Assembly: GCA_964498765.1 (NCBI GenBank) | Contig: CAZCIU010000006.1 | Span: forward strand, 8,110-72,109 | Direction of reading: 5' to 3' | From: an uncultured Paludibacter sp. | GTDB taxonomy: Bacteria; Bacteroidota; Bacteroidia; Bacteroidales; Paludibacteraceae | Length of the DNA: 64,000 bases | Part shown: positions 8,070 to 18,884 of the stretch, piece by piece | Numbering within the stretch: the stretch's first letter is position 1 | Layout of the letters: each line of letters opens with the position of its first letter | Translations under genes and position numbers: made by a program | Notes under the pieces: generated by a model | What the model saw: the letters and a program-made list of their open reading frames with translations, nothing else | Database searches by the model: none | Told to the model about the DNA's origin: nothing

Positions 8070-8714
8070 ATGAAACTCAAAAATCAAATTTACATCGTGC
8101 TAATTAGTGCTGTTTTAGTTTTCAGTTCTTGTGGAACTTTGCTTGGCACTTCGGGAAATACAAAATCGGATACCGATTCTAAATCTTCTACTACTGGAAA
8201 GGTTCTTGGCAGTATCTACGATGCCGTGATGGGAAAATTACCGCTTTCGCAGAAAAATATGGTCGGAACCTGGGATTTTCAGGGAACTTCCTGTGCTTTT
8301 GAATCTGAAAATCTGCTGAAAAAAGCCGGTGGAGTAGTTGTGGCGGCTCAAGTAGAAGAAAAATTTGATGAAACCTGCCAAAAACTCGGTATTAATGAAA
8401 AAAACACCAGTTTTGTTTTCAACGCGGATAGCACGTATTCAGCCCGTATTGGCGGCGTGAAGATTTCCGGGAAATACATACTTGACACACAAAACAAAAA
8501 AGTGAGAATGTCTTACTTGCTGGGTGTGGCGCATTTGGATGCATCGGTTGTAGTTTCCAATCGGGATATGAAATTACTTTTCGATGCTGATTCGGTATTG
8601 AAACTGTTGAAGTTTATCAGTCAGTTCACCAATAATACATCCATCGAAGTACTTGGAAAAATGGCAGATATGTACGATGGAATGTTGCTCGGATTTGATC
8701 TGCGAAAACAATGA
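8070..8714 (+). CDS. DUF4923-like (lipocalin-like) lipoprotein
   Basis: 214 aa. Signal peptide ends FSSC, followed by an S/T/G-rich tether. The segment GTWDFQGTSCAFESENLLKKAGG matches what I remember of the DUF4923 family. Confidence 0.5.
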   Translation: MKLKNQIYIVLISAVLVFSSCGTLLGTSGNTKSDTDSKSSTTGKVLGSIYDAVMGKLPLSQKNMVGTWDFQGTSCAFESENLLKKAGGVVVAAQVEEKFDETCQKLGINEKNTSFVFNADSTYSARIGGVKISGKYILDTQNKKVRMSYLLGVAHLDASVVVSNRDMKLLFDADSVLKLLKFISQFTNNTSIEVLGKMADMYDGMLLGFDLRKQ

Positions 8715-8736
8715 TTTTGTGATATTCAGATAAATC

Positions 8737-8773
8737 AAAAAGTGAGTTTGAAATCAGCAAACTCACTTTTTTG
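8737..8773. terminator. Bidirectional terminator between convergent genes
   Basis: AAAAGTGAGTTTG-AAATCAG-CAAACTCACTTTT, with A-runs and T-runs on both sides. Confidence 0.75.
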
Positions 8774-8803
8774 TAATGTATTTTCAAATCGCAAAAACAA
8801 ACT

Positions 8804-10087
8804 TTAGCTTGTTTTTGCTTTTCTTGCACGTACTTTTTTCAAATCTTCTTCCAGCCTCGCAATTTCTTTTTCCTGGCTGTTAATAGTTTTCAAAAGTGCA
8901 TTCAGCTCTTCGTTTTCAATGCTCGTTGGATACAAAGCATCTACTCTGTCCAGGAAGTCGGCCAATACGTTCATGTAGTTGGTGAAGGCATCGTAAGGCG
9001 ATGAATAGTGCGTTCCAAAGGAATCAAAATGCGACATATAACGGAAATTATCGCTTGTTTGCAGCATTAACCAGTCGCGGTGAAGCGGTTTGTCTTTGGA
9101 TAGATTTACACGCTCACTAACGGCGTAGAGCTTGTTTAGTGCTTCTTGTTGCAGGTCATTTCCATTCCAAACGCTAAGTCCTTTGTCAGCCGACCAGCTG
9201 ATTGGGTGCGGTGCAGTAAGGCTGTCAACCGCATCAAATTTCTTCGCAATTTCAGATGGCAAAGCAAATGCGTGACCTTGCTCCATGGCGTGATAAGGAA
9301 GCGCTTTGAAGAATTCAAAAATTCCACTTTCTGCACGCTGATAATATCCCAAGGCTTCGTAACCCATCCAGATATTTACGATAGGTTGATTTTCAGGAAT
9401 TTCACTAATCCAGCTGATGAATTTTCCGGCATCCAGCGGGAAATCAGACCAGGTATGATCCGAGAAGCGGAACGAAATATCGTCGCTCAGTTTATTATTG
9501 CGAACCAGAAGTTTTAATTTTGGAATGTACGAGTGGTTGTAAACGCAGTTTGAACTTTTCCAGCCCATTACGTCTTTCACTTCTTCTATCAGCATGGTTT
9601 TGTAGCCCAAAGAGGATACAATTTCGCCGATTTCATCCGAATAAATCAATTCGGCATTTCTGAAAGTAGTGGGTTTCTTTCCGAATAAAGCTTCAATTTT
9701 TTTGCTGTGCAATTTTACTTGTTGCTCAAATTCATTTCTGTCGTAAACAGACGCCAATGAATGCGCGTATGGCTCTGCCAAAAACTCCACGCTGCCTGTT
9801 TTTGCCAGCTCTCTGAAGCTGTCGATTACTTCCGGTGCGTACTGTTCCAACTGCTCCAAAGCTACGCCGGAGATAGAGAAAGCGCACTTGAATTTTCCAT
9901 TTGAACTGCGCACCATCTCTGCAATAGTACGAGTTGCGGGCAGGTAAGCCTGTTCAACCTTGTTGCGGATTTGCTCTTCGGTCTGAAAATCATCATAATA
10001 ATAATGATCCTGACCAATTTCAAAGAAACGATAGCGTTTCAAGCGCACCGGCTGATGAATTTCGAAGTATAAACAAATGTTCTTCAT
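8804..10087 (-). CDS. Glycoside hydrolase family 57 (alpha-amylase / alpha-glucan-active)
   Basis: 427 aa. The N-terminus MKNICLYFEIHQPVRLKRY is typical of GH57. The gene sits in a glycogen-metabolism context. Confidence 0.75.
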   Translation of the reverse strand: MKNICLYFEIHQPVRLKRYRFFEIGQDHYYYDDFQTEEQIRNKVEQAYLPATRTIAEMVRSSNGKFKCAFSISGVALEQLEQYAPEVIDSFRELAKTGSVEFLAEPYAHSLASVYDRNEFEQQVKLHSKKIEALFGKKPTTFRNAELIYSDEIGEIVSSLGYKTMLIEEVKDVMGWKSSNCVYNHSYIPKLKLLVRNNKLSDDISFRFSDHTWSDFPLDAGKFISWISEIPENQPIVNIWMGYEALGYYQRAESGIFEFFKALPYHAMEQGHAFALPSEIAKKFDAVDSLTAPHPISWSADKGLSVWNGNDLQQEALNKLYAVSERVNLSKDKPLHRDWLMLQTSDNFRYMSHFDSFGTHYSSPYDAFTNYMNVLADFLDRVDALYPTSIENEELNALLKTINSQEKEIARLEEDLKKVRARKAKTS

Positions 10088-10149
10088 ATTTTTATGTCTT
10101 TAATTTTTTTAGATTTATGAAAAGATTCAAAGTTAGTCGAATTTTCAAT

Positions 10150-10184
10150 CTTCAGACTTCTAACTTCAGACTTCTAATTTCTAA
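10150..10184. repeat. 14-bp tandem repeat CTTCAGACTTCTAA x2 plus a partial unit, in the GT4-GH57 spacer
   Basis: Exact copies at 10150-10163 and 10164-10177, then TTTCTAA. Confidence 0.85.
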
Positions 10185-10186
10185 TT

Positions 10187-11446
10187 TTATTTTCCTCCAA
10201 TTACTTTTTCGTAAATGGCTCTAACTTTAAGTCCTGCATCGTACCATTTTATATTATTTACTTCTTCCAGACCAAGCTCGCGCATACTCTTATACTGAGC
10301 CGGATAAGTCACAATTCCGTAAATAGCATCAGCCATTGCGTCAATGTCCCAATAGTCGGTTTTGATAACGTGTGTAAGGATTTCGGCGCAACCGGATTGG
10401 TAAGAAATAATAGATGGAGTACCTACTTGCATGGCTTCAAGTGGCGAAATACCAAATGGCTCCGAAACCGATGGCATAATGTAAACATCGCTCTGAGCCA
10501 GCATTTCATGCACATTTCGTCCGCGAAGGAAACCCGGGAAATGGAAACGATCGGCTATGCCGCGCTTGGCAGCCAGGTCAATCATGGCATTCATCATATC
10601 GCCGCTGCCCGCCATCACAAATCGTACGTTTTTCGTTTTGGCAAGTACACGTGCAGCCGCTTCTACAAAGTATTCCGGTCCTTTTTGCATGGTAATGCGT
10701 CCTAAGAATGTAACGATTTTGTCTTTGCGAGGCAATTTTACAAAGCTATCAGCATCCGGAAGCGGTTCCACGGCATTGTGAACGGTAGTCACTTTGTGTG
10801 CCGGTTGATGGTATTTTTCAATGACCGTGCGGCGTGTCAAATTACTCACCGTAATAATGTGGTCAGCTGCATCCATTCCGCGCTTTTCAATTCCGTAAAC
10901 GGTTGGATTTACTTTTCCGCGGCTACGGTCAAAATCGGTAGCGTGAACGTGAATTACCAACGGCTTGCCACTGATTTGCTTGGCAAAAGCTCCGGCAGGA
11001 TATGTCAGCCAGTCGTGTGAGTGAATGACGTCAAATTCAATTTGATGTGCTAAAACACTGCCAACAGCTTCGTAATTTGATATTTCTTCAATTAAATTAT
11101 CTGGATATTTTCCGGAAAAATCGACACAACCAAGTTCGTTGGTAAATATTCGTCTGAAATCGTATTTAATGCCATTGCGAAGCCAGAAATATTCATCCGG
11201 ATGCATAATCCAGCCGAGGCGTTTATTTACATAATCCCAGGAATTTTCTTTCCAGACTATCGGTACATTGCAAGCACCAATAATTTTCAAGAAACTCTGG
11301 TCTTCATCGCCGTGAGGTTTCGGGATGACAAAGGTCAATTCCATATCCTCTTGTTGGGACATACCTCGTGTAAGTCCGTAACTCGCTGTTCCTAATCCTC
11401 CTAAAATGTGGGGAGGAAATTCCCATCCAAACATTAACGCTTTCAT
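10187..11446 (-). CDS. GT4-type glycosyltransferase (glycogen/starch-synthase-like)
   Basis: 419 aa. The N-terminus FPPHILGGLGTA and the EX7E region (EPFGISPLEAM) are present. The ATG overlaps the upstream gene's stop codon (ATGA at 11443-11446). Confidence 0.75.
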   Translation of the reverse strand: MKALMFGWEFPPHILGGLGTASYGLTRGMSQQEDMELTFVIPKPHGDEDQSFLKIIGACNVPIVWKENSWDYVNKRLGWIMHPDEYFWLRNGIKYDFRRIFTNELGCVDFSGKYPDNLIEEISNYEAVGSVLAHQIEFDVIHSHDWLTYPAGAFAKQISGKPLVIHVHATDFDRSRGKVNPTVYGIEKRGMDAADHIITVSNLTRRTVIEKYHQPAHKVTTVHNAVEPLPDADSFVKLPRKDKIVTFLGRITMQKGPEYFVEAAARVLAKTKNVRFVMAGSGDMMNAMIDLAAKRGIADRFHFPGFLRGRNVHEMLAQSDVYIMPSVSEPFGISPLEAMQVGTPSIISYQSGCAEILTHVIKTDYWDIDAMADAIYGIVTYPAQYKSMRELGLEEVNNIKWYDAGLKVRAIYEKVIGGK

Positions 11447-13392
11447 AGAGCCACCTCGCTTTCTTCTTTTTTCAACAAATCTAAAACTCGTAAAATTTCT
11501 GCTACGCTCATGGCAAATGACATTCCTCCATGCCCTTTGAAAGGTGGATTTCCGTCGAATATTTCAGAAATTGTTCCTACGCAAAGCTCAGTCATTTCGG
11601 CTTCTAAGCCCATCATCAGGCGTTCGATAAATGACTTGCCGCTTTGTTTGTATATTTTTTTATAAGCATCTGCAAAATATCCTACTGTCCACGGCCAAAC
11701 CGGTCCGTTGTGGTAGTTCCAGTTACGCTCCTGCATTCCGCCGATGTATTCCGGACGGTATGAACCGCTTTTCGGACTGAGCGTACGCAAGCCTTTTGGA
11801 GTAAGAAGTTCTTTGGTTGTGATGTCCAGCACCGATTTTTGTTGTGCTTTGTCCAGCGGAGAGAATGGCAATCCAACGGCAATAATCATATTGGAACGAA
11901 CTTCCACGTCGTTGTAGCCATTTACCACATAATCATAAAGATACGTGCCGTTCCAGAATACTTGAATGAAAGATGCGCGTGCAATTTCGGCCTGATAATC
12001 CAGCAAATCGGCTGATTGTTCGTTGCCGGAAATTCTTTCCAGTTGCGAAACAAATTTCAGCGCATTGTACCAAAGTGCATTAATTTCCACCACATAGCCT
12101 GTTCTCGGAGTAATCGGACGATTATGCTCAACTGCATTCATCCAGGTGGCCGGTTTTTCGGTTCCGTCCACGTAGAGCAGGTTGTTGTTGTGCATAAACA
12201 GGTTCGGATGATTTTGCTTTTTGATAAAATTAATTATTCGGATAGCTAAATCGCCGAAACGTTCTGCTGTAGTTTCCAGTGTTTTATGTTCTGAGAATTG
12301 CTGCAGCGCTCGCAAAAACCAAAGCAGCACATCCGGATCTTCCAGTCCTTCCAGCTTAAATCCATCGCGTTCACCGGCCAGGAAGCGTTCAATTTCTTCG
12401 ATGGCGGTTTCGCTTAGCGTGTCGAAATAATCTTCTCGGTCAATCACCAATGTGGCAGGAACGAGCGAAATAAACTCATCGCGTGCACGGCAACCAAACC
12501 ACGGATAACCGGCTAACAGATAAGTTTTGCTGCCTTCGCGTTTGTAGAATTGCTGAGCAGAATTTTTCAGCGTGGTAAACATATCCAAGCGCTTGTTGCG
12601 TTTGGCGAATTCTTTTTCCCACAAGCCTTCCAGGGCTCTGGGTGAAACTTCTGAAATCCCGGCGGAGAAAATAATGGATTCTCCTTTTTTTATCGGCATT
12701 TCAAAATAGCCCGGAACCATCAGGTCTTCTTTGTAACCGTATCCGCGCTCTTGTTCCTTAAAATATTCGATGTCTTTGTACCAATCCGGTTGATGGAAGT
12801 AGGTGTTTTTCTTTGAAAACTGCATGGACAATTCCGGATATCCTTCGTAAAGTTTCATGCTAATTCCATTCTTTTTCTCTACGTATGACGTATTGGCTAC
12901 GCTGTTTTGGTGCGTCAATTCGTTCACGCTGCGGAATGCCAGGTAAGGCTTGAAGCGCATGGTAGTAGGAGAGTGCGCCTCCAGAAGCGTGTATTTGATT
13001 AGAATACGCGGTTCGAATGAAACAAGCAGTTTTTCTTTGGAAAGGATTACTCCGCCTACACGGTAGATACTTCGGGAAATGGTTTCACAGTCAAATTGAC
13101 GAACGTACTTATGTCCGTTTGGATTGTAATTATTGCCCGAGTATTTGTGAAGGCCCAGGTTAAATTCAGCACCGTGCTGAATTACCGTTTCATCAAGCGA
13201 GGAGAGGAGTACGTGATTGAAGTTGTCAATCTCCGGTAGCGGCATTACCAGCTGTCCATGATATTTTCTGGTATTGCATTCAACCAAAGTCGTACTGTTG
13301 TAAGTCCCGGCTCGATTCGTTCTGATAATTTCCTTTGTGAGTGATTTCTCCAGGTTCATCAGAAGTGTTTTGTCAAATTTTAAATAACTCAT
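11443..13392 (-). CDS. Amylo-alpha-1,6-glucosidase / glycogen debranching enzyme-like protein
   Basis: 649 aa. C-terminal (alpha/alpha)6 GDE-type region (NGPVWPWTVGYF, GTISEIFDG). Confidence 0.7.
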   Translation of the reverse strand: MSYLKFDKTLLMNLEKSLTKEIIRTNRAGTYNSTTLVECNTRKYHGQLVMPLPEIDNFNHVLLSSLDETVIQHGAEFNLGLHKYSGNNYNPNGHKYVRQFDCETISRSIYRVGGVILSKEKLLVSFEPRILIKYTLLEAHSPTTMRFKPYLAFRSVNELTHQNSVANTSYVEKKNGISMKLYEGYPELSMQFSKKNTYFHQPDWYKDIEYFKEQERGYGYKEDLMVPGYFEMPIKKGESIIFSAGISEVSPRALEGLWEKEFAKRNKRLDMFTTLKNSAQQFYKREGSKTYLLAGYPWFGCRARDEFISLVPATLVIDREDYFDTLSETAIEEIERFLAGERDGFKLEGLEDPDVLLWFLRALQQFSEHKTLETTAERFGDLAIRIINFIKKQNHPNLFMHNNNLLYVDGTEKPATWMNAVEHNRPITPRTGYVVEINALWYNALKFVSQLERISGNEQSADLLDYQAEIARASFIQVFWNGTYLYDYVVNGYNDVEVRSNMIIAVGLPFSPLDKAQQKSVLDITTKELLTPKGLRTLSPKSGSYRPEYIGGMQERNWNYHNGPVWPWTVGYFADAYKKIYKQSGKSFIERLMMGLEAEMTELCVGTISEIFDGNPPFKGHGGMSFAMSVAEILRVLDLLKKEESEVAL

Positions 13393-13686
13393 ATTTACAA
13401 AATGTTGAATATATTAAGGCTCTCACAAAAATAGGAATAAATACTTTAATAAAAAAACCAAAAAGATAGGTTTCCTGAAATAAATTTTTAATTTTGTTAT
13501 GATTTTATTAAATTTTTTACTTTTATCAATTGTTATGCAGTAAGTTGTATGAAAATTGAATATTTTGTCAATTTATACACTTGATTTTACACAAAATGGA
13601 ATGTGAAATATTTGCTAAATCTCAGTTAAAGAATTAATCTGAAGCAGTTCTATTTAATATTATACAGATTATTCCTCATTTATCCT

Positions 13687-13694
13687 TACTTTTG
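13687..13694 (+). promoter_or_regulatory. Candidate Bacteroidetes -7 promoter box TACTTTTG
   Basis: Matches the TAnnTTTG consensus 16 nt upstream of the rhomboid ATG. No supporting -33 element seen. Confidence 0.2.
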
Positions 13695-13709
13695 TGAAAA
13701 TTAAAACCG

Positions 13710-14396
13710 ATGGAAGTAGAAATTCACGATAAAAAAAGATTGTATTACGCCGTATTTTTTCCGGCTATCATCTGCTTTTTTATGGTATTTGTGTTTGCTT
13801 TTGAGCGATTGATGGGACTTAACTTCAACGAGGCAGGCGTTTTTCCGCGTGAGCCGATTACGCTGATTAATATTTTCTCAATGCCGTTTATCCATTCCGA
13901 TATTTCGCATCTGCTGAATAACATTATCTCATTCTTTATCCTTAGCACTACGCTGTTTTATTTTTACAGCGAAATTGCCGGGCGGACAATCATTCTTTCT
14001 ACGATTTTTAGTGGTTTACTGCTGTGGGTAATCGGGCGCGAAGCCTGGCATGTGGGATTGAGCGGAATTGTGTATGCTTTGTCGTTTTTCTTGTGCTTTA
14101 GCGGCATAATTCGTCGGCATATTCCGCTTATCGCCTTAGCGTTGATTGTGGTTTTTCTTTATGGAAATAATGTCTGGCATCTTTTCCCCTGGCAAAAATT
14201 CGATCCGGTTTCTTGGGAAGGGCATCTTTCTGGTGCAATTGTAGGTACGGTGCTTGCTTTTGTGTTTATGAAAAAAGGGCCGCAAAAACCTGTGAAAGTC
14301 TGGGATGAAGATGAAAATGATGACGACGAAGATGCTTACTGGAAACTCGAAGAACCAAAAGAACCCGCCGAACAAAAACCGTTGAACGAGGAATAA
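13710..14396 (+). CDS. Rhomboid-family intramembrane serine protease
   Basis: 228 aa, multi-TM. GxSG catalytic motif (GLSGIVYAL) and a downstream His in a TM helix (HLSGAIVG). Acidic C-terminal tail. Confidence 0.8.
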   Translation: MEVEIHDKKRLYYAVFFPAIICFFMVFVFAFERLMGLNFNEAGVFPREPITLINIFSMPFIHSDISHLLNNIISFFILSTTLFYFYSEIAGRTIILSTIFSGLLLWVIGREAWHVGLSGIVYALSFFLCFSGIIRRHIPLIALALIVVFLYGNNVWHLFPWQKFDPVSWEGHLSGAIVGTVLAFVFMKKGPQKPVKVWDEDENDDDEDAYWKLEEPKEPAEQKPLNEE

Positions 14397-14397
14397 A

Positions 14398-14431
14398 AAA
14401 AGCTGTTTCAAAATTTTTGAAACAGCTTTGA
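14398..14431. terminator. Bidirectional terminator between convergent genes
   Basis: Near-perfect palindrome AGCTGTTTCAAAA-T-TTTTGAAACAGCT. Confidence 0.7.
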
Positions 14432-14454
14432 TTTGTATCTAACATTTACCCAAT

Positions 14455-17043
14455 TCAATTCCTAAACACCAATTTATCATCCTTGTAATCAACGATTATC
14501 GCTTTGCTATTGTCGATATTTCCACTGATAAGTTCCTTGGACAAATCATTCAGGATAAATCGTTGGATAGCACGTTTCACCGGACGAGCACCGAATTGTG
14601 GATCGTAACCTTCGTGAGCAATAAACTGCAGTGCTTCCTGGCTGACTTCCAGTTTTACGCCGTTTTCAGCCAACATTTTAATGATGTGATTGAGCTGAAT
14701 TTGCACAATCTCAGCAATCTGACTTTCATTCAGCGGAGTAAACATAATAATTTCGTCTATTCGGTTCAAAAACTCTGGACGAACTACTTTTTTCAGCATA
14801 TTCATCACTTCGTTTTTGGTTTTTTCCACTACTTCATCGTGATTGAGCGGTGTTATTTGCTCAAAATTTTCACGAATAAGCTGTGAACCAATATTGGAAG
14901 TCATTATAATTATGGTGTTTTTGAAATTCACCACACGACCTTTGTTGTCGGTCAGTCGTCCGTCGTCAAGCACCTGAAGCAGCACGTTGAAAACATCCGG
15001 GTGTGCTTTTTCTATCTCGTCAAAAAGCACCACAGAATACGGTTTCCGACGAATGGCTTCGGTGAGTTGCCCGCCTTCATCGTAGCCCACGTATCCCGGA
15101 GGCGAACCAATCAGTCGTGTTACGGAGAATTTTTCCTGATATTCGCTCATATCAATTCTCGTCATCATATTTTCATCGTCAAAGAGATAGTCTGCCAAGG
15201 CCTTTGCCAGTTCGGTTTTACCCACGCCTGTTGTTCCGAGGAAAATAAACGAACCAATCGGTCGTTTCGGGTCATTCAGTCCGGCACGGCTGCGTCTTAC
15301 AGCATCCGAAACCGCGGCAATCGCTTCTTCCTGACCTACCACGCGTTTGTGAAGTTCTTCTTCCAAATTCAACAATTTCGCCTTTTCGCTTTGCAGCATT
15401 TTGCTAACCGGAATACCTGTCCAGCGACTTACCACGTCGGCAATGTCTTCGCTGTCCACTTCCTGCTTAATCATAGCGCTGTTGCCTTGCAGCTCGGTCA
15501 ATTCACTTTGGAAAGCGGCAATTTGCTCTTCGGCTGATTTTATTTTACCGTAACGAATTTCAGCTACTTTTCCATAATCGCCTTCCCGTTCGGCTTTGTC
15601 GGCTTCGTATTTCAGATTTTCAATCTCAATTTTCGATTGCTGGATTTTTTCCACCAAGGCTTTTTCTGAAGACCATTTTGCCCGAAGTTCAGAACTTTCT
15701 TCTTTCAAATTAGCAATTTCTTCGTTCAGGTTTTCCAGTTTTCGTGTGTCATTTTCACGTTTGATGGCTTCACGCTCAATTTCCAATTGCTTGATATTTC
15801 GCTCAATTTTATCCAAGTCTTCCGGCACGCTGTCCACTTCCATTCGGAGTTTGGAGGCCGCTTCGTCCATCAAGTCAATGGCTTTGTCCGGCAAAAATCG
15901 GTCGGTGATGTAGCGGTTCGAAAGCTCAACGGCTTCAATGATTGCATCGTCTTTGATACGCACTTTGTGGTGATTTTCATACCTTTCTTTCAGTCCACGG
16001 AGAATGGAAATAGTGGATTGAATGTCCGGCTCATTGACCATCACTATCTGGAAACGGCGTTCAAGCGCCTTGTCTTTCTCAAAATACTTTTGGTATTCAT
16101 CCAGCGTGGTAGCACCGATGGCACGTAATTCACCTCGTGCCAAAGCCGGTTTCAAAATATTAGCGGCATCCATTGCGCCATCGCCTTTCCCGGCACCTAC
16201 GAGGGTGTGAATTTCATCGATGAAAAGAATGATTTCGCCATCCGATTGGATAACTTCGTTTACCACCGATTTAAGTCGCTCTTCAAATTCCCCTTTGTAC
16301 TTTGCTCCGGCAACCAAAGCACCCATATCCAAGGAGAAAACTTGTTTGGATTTCAAATTTTCCGGTACGTCGCCACGAATAATCCGATGCGCCAAACCTT
16401 CGGCAATGGCAGTTTTTCCCACGCCGGGTTCGCCGATAAGAATTGGATTGTTCTTGGTTCTTCGGCTTAAAATCTGCAGCACCCGACGAATTTCTTCATC
16501 ACGCCCAATCACGGGATCCAATTTGCCCAATCGAGCTTGCTCGTTGAGGTTGATGGCATATTTGTTCAGCGAATTGTAGGTTTCTTCTGCAGAGGACGAA
16601 TTGGCTTTCGTGCCTTTTCGCAGTTCGTCAATCGCTGCTTGCAAGGTTTTTTCGCTTGCTCCGGCATCTTTCAGCACTTGCGATGCTTGCGAATTGACGC
16701 TCAGCAATGCCAATAAAATATATTCAAGCGTCACGAATTGGTCGCCTGCTTTGGTAGAAAGTTCGCTTGCTTTCTGGAAAACTTCGTTGCTTTCGCGGCT
16801 AAGGTATGGCTCGCCACCGGTAACTCGAGGGTAGCTTTCGATTATTTTATCAAGAGCCATCATTACATTGGAGCTGTAAACTCCTATCTTTCCGAATAAA
16901 AACTGCGTTACATCTTCGCCTTTCATCATTACGGCCTTCAAGATGTGAGGAGTTTCTATCACTTGCTGTCCTTTGGATTGAGCCAAATTGATGGCTTGTT
17001 GGACGGCTTCTTGCGATTTTGTTGTAAAATTATTAAAGTTCAT
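14455..17043 (-). CDS. clpB: ATP-dependent chaperone ClpB
   Basis: 862 aa. Two AAA+ modules (Walker A GEPGVGKT and GTTGVGKT), a long coiled-coil middle domain and a Clp N-domain. Confidence 0.95.
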   Translation of the reverse strand: MNFNNFTTKSQEAVQQAINLAQSKGQQVIETPHILKAVMMKGEDVTQFLFGKIGVYSSNVMMALDKIIESYPRVTGGEPYLSRESNEVFQKASELSTKAGDQFVTLEYILLALLSVNSQASQVLKDAGASEKTLQAAIDELRKGTKANSSSAEETYNSLNKYAINLNEQARLGKLDPVIGRDEEIRRVLQILSRRTKNNPILIGEPGVGKTAIAEGLAHRIIRGDVPENLKSKQVFSLDMGALVAGAKYKGEFEERLKSVVNEVIQSDGEIILFIDEIHTLVGAGKGDGAMDAANILKPALARGELRAIGATTLDEYQKYFEKDKALERRFQIVMVNEPDIQSTISILRGLKERYENHHKVRIKDDAIIEAVELSNRYITDRFLPDKAIDLMDEAASKLRMEVDSVPEDLDKIERNIKQLEIEREAIKRENDTRKLENLNEEIANLKEESSELRAKWSSEKALVEKIQQSKIEIENLKYEADKAEREGDYGKVAEIRYGKIKSAEEQIAAFQSELTELQGNSAMIKQEVDSEDIADVVSRWTGIPVSKMLQSEKAKLLNLEEELHKRVVGQEEAIAAVSDAVRRSRAGLNDPKRPIGSFIFLGTTGVGKTELAKALADYLFDDENMMTRIDMSEYQEKFSVTRLIGSPPGYVGYDEGGQLTEAIRRKPYSVVLFDEIEKAHPDVFNVLLQVLDDGRLTDNKGRVVNFKNTIIIMTSNIGSQLIRENFEQITPLNHDEVVEKTKNEVMNMLKKVVRPEFLNRIDEIIMFTPLNESQIAEIVQIQLNHIIKMLAENGVKLEVSQEALQFIAHEGYDPQFGARPVKRAIQRFILNDLSKELISGNIDNSKAIIVDYKDDKLVFRN

Positions 17044-17291
17044 ATTTTTGTGTTTTTATATTCAATTTTTTATTGTTGTTCTGAATAACGCAAATCACTT
17101 ACCATTCTGAAAATCAGACAAAATGGCGCGAAAATTCCTGCTATTTTTACTGAAACCGACAAAATGTCACTGGAGTTTTATTCGCTTATTTAATGTTTTT
17201 TAGATTAGTTTGATGAATGCTGCTGATAGATAAGGACTTTGAATAAAAAAAAATAACTATTTTTGTAAATTAATACGTAATACAATAAATA

Positions 17292-17942
17292 ATGCCATCA
17301 ATAGAATACAAAGTTCCGGAACCAACTCTCCGGCGTTTGCCTTGGTATCTGGCTTATGCTCAGCTTGTTCAGCAGTCCGGCGAAGCATTTCTTTCTTCCA
17401 CACAAATTGCAAATAACATAGCTGTAGATGCATCAAAAGTTGCAAAAGATTTATCGTATGTCAATATCTCGGGAAAAACGAGGGTAGGCTACGATGTGAA
17501 TGAACTGGTGCAGGTTTTGGAGAAATTTCTCGGATTTACAAAATCGCACAAAGCCTACCTATTTGGTGTTGGTAGCCTGGGAGGCGCATTGATGCACGAC
17601 AATGGTTTGAACCACTTTGGGCTGGAAATTGTGGCCGGATTTGATGTGAAATACGAACTTGCCGGCACGAGCATCAACCGAATCCCTATTCATCACGTAG
17701 ATCGCTTCAAAGATTTGCAAAAGCAAACGGGCGTAAACATCGGCATCCTGACCGTTCCGACCGACAAAGCACAAGCTACGGCTGATATTATGATTGAAGG
17801 CGGCATTCAGGCCATTTGGAACTTTACGCCATTCAGAATTCGGGTTCCGGAGAATATTATTGTTCAGAATACATCGATTTATGCACATTTAGCCGTAATG
17901 TTTAATCGCTTAAATGAGCTAAATGAAGGTAGCGAAGTTTAG
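17292..17942 (+). CDS. rex: Redox-sensing transcriptional repressor Rex
   Basis: 216 aa. N-terminal winged helix (TLRRLPWYL...SSTQIA) and a Rossmann GxGxxG motif (GVGSLGGAL). Confidence 0.85.
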   Translation: MPSIEYKVPEPTLRRLPWYLAYAQLVQQSGEAFLSSTQIANNIAVDASKVAKDLSYVNISGKTRVGYDVNELVQVLEKFLGFTKSHKAYLFGVGSLGGALMHDNGLNHFGLEIVAGFDVKYELAGTSINRIPIHHVDRFKDLQKQTGVNIGILTVPTDKAQATADIMIEGGIQAIWNFTPFRIRVPENIIVQNTSIYAHLAVMFNRLNELNEGSEV

Positions 17943-17953
17943 AATTTCAAAAT

Positions 17954-18033
17954 AAAAAACTAACGCCGCAGGCAAAAACAACTAAATAACGCTTTAGCCA
18001 AATAACAATTTAATAACGGCGTAGCCAAATAAC
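17954..18033. repeat. Three degenerate ~23-nt repeats (A)TAACGnnnnAGCCAAATAAC
   Basis: Copies at about 17960-17982, 17984-18006 and 18011-18033, in the rex-FAH spacer. Confidence 0.7.
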
Positions 18034-18045
18034 CAGAATTAATCA

Positions 18046-18657
18046 ATGAAAATATTTGCAATCGGGCAAAATTATAGAGAGCACAACAAGGAATTGGGAA
18101 GTGAAAATCCGACTGAACCTGTTGTTTTTATGAAACCAGATTCAGCGATTTTGCGTGCTAATAAACCGTTTTATATTCCGGATTTCAGTAATGAAGTACA
18201 TTATGAAACCGAATTGCTGATTAAAATCAACCGAATTGGGAAGAATATTTCACCTAAGTTTGCACATCGTTATTACGATGAAATTGGGCTTGGAGTGGAT
18301 TTTACGGCACGTGATATCCAGCGAAGACTGAAAATGGAGGGAAAACCCTGGGAAATTTGCAAAGGATTTGATGGCTCTGCTGTAATTGGCGACTTTTTAC
18401 CGAAGGAGAATTTAGGGGAAATTCAAAACATCGCATTTCACCTTGATATTGATGGAAAAACGGTGCAGGAAGGCAACTCGAAAGATATGATTTTTCCGGT
18501 AGATGAGCTGATTGCGCATATAAGTCAGTATTTTACGCTGAAAATCGGTGATATTATTTACACCGGAACGCCTGTTGGAGTAGGGAAAGTGGAAATGGGA
18601 AACAGGCTGCAAGGCTATATTTTTGATACAAAAATGTTTGATTTTCAGGTAAAATAG
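18046..18657 (+). CDS. Fumarylacetoacetate hydrolase (FAH) family protein
   Basis: 203 aa. FAH-fold signatures are present (KIFAIGQNY, HYETELLIKI, GDIIYTGTPVGVG). Confidence 0.8.
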   Translation: MKIFAIGQNYREHNKELGSENPTEPVVFMKPDSAILRANKPFYIPDFSNEVHYETELLIKINRIGKNISPKFAHRYYDEIGLGVDFTARDIQRRLKMEGKPWEICKGFDGSAVIGDFLPKENLGEIQNIAFHLDIDGKTVQEGNSKDMIFPVDELIAHISQYFTLKIGDIIYTGTPVGVGKVEMGNRLQGYIFDTKMFDFQVK

Positions 18658-18884
18658 CTTTACTATAATCATTTTTTAGAAATTAAAACGAAAGCAACTC
18701 GGTAGCTTTTACTATATATCGGAATTAGGAAATTATCACACGGAAGATTATCAACGACATTTTAACTTTTTATCTGTTTTTTTAAGTATATAACACCCAC
18801 TTTCGCTATTCAAAATCATATAATAATAAATCGTATTTGTCGTTATATGTACTGATTTTCTTATTCCAACTGACTGAATTCAAA

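Noticed and set aside
8804-13392. GH57 / GT4 / debranching-enzyme-like cluster as a possible novelty
   Set aside because: This three-gene glycogen-metabolism arrangement is, as far as I know, common in Bacteroidales. Nothing unusual was seen apart from the repeat-containing spacer, which is reported separately.
14563-16834. Chain of plus-strand ORFs (up to 178 aa) antisense to clpB
   Set aside because: All lie inside the strongly supported 862-aa ClpB frame and have low-complexity, Ser/Phe-rich sequences typical of antisense frames. The same reasoning applies to the antisense ORFs inside porU, the susC-like gene, the catalase gene, glmE, mal, atpA and the other long genes.
17044-17291. Search for a Rex operator (TTGTGAA-N4-TTCACAA type) or heat-shock element in the clpB-rex divergent region
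   Set aside because: No convincing palindrome of that type was found by eye. The region is AT-rich and unremarkable.
18837-18884. N-terminal extension of porU (MSLYVLIFLFQLTEFK)
   Set aside because: The ATG at 18885 gives a canonical signal peptide. The upstream 16 codons are most likely an ORF-finder extension.
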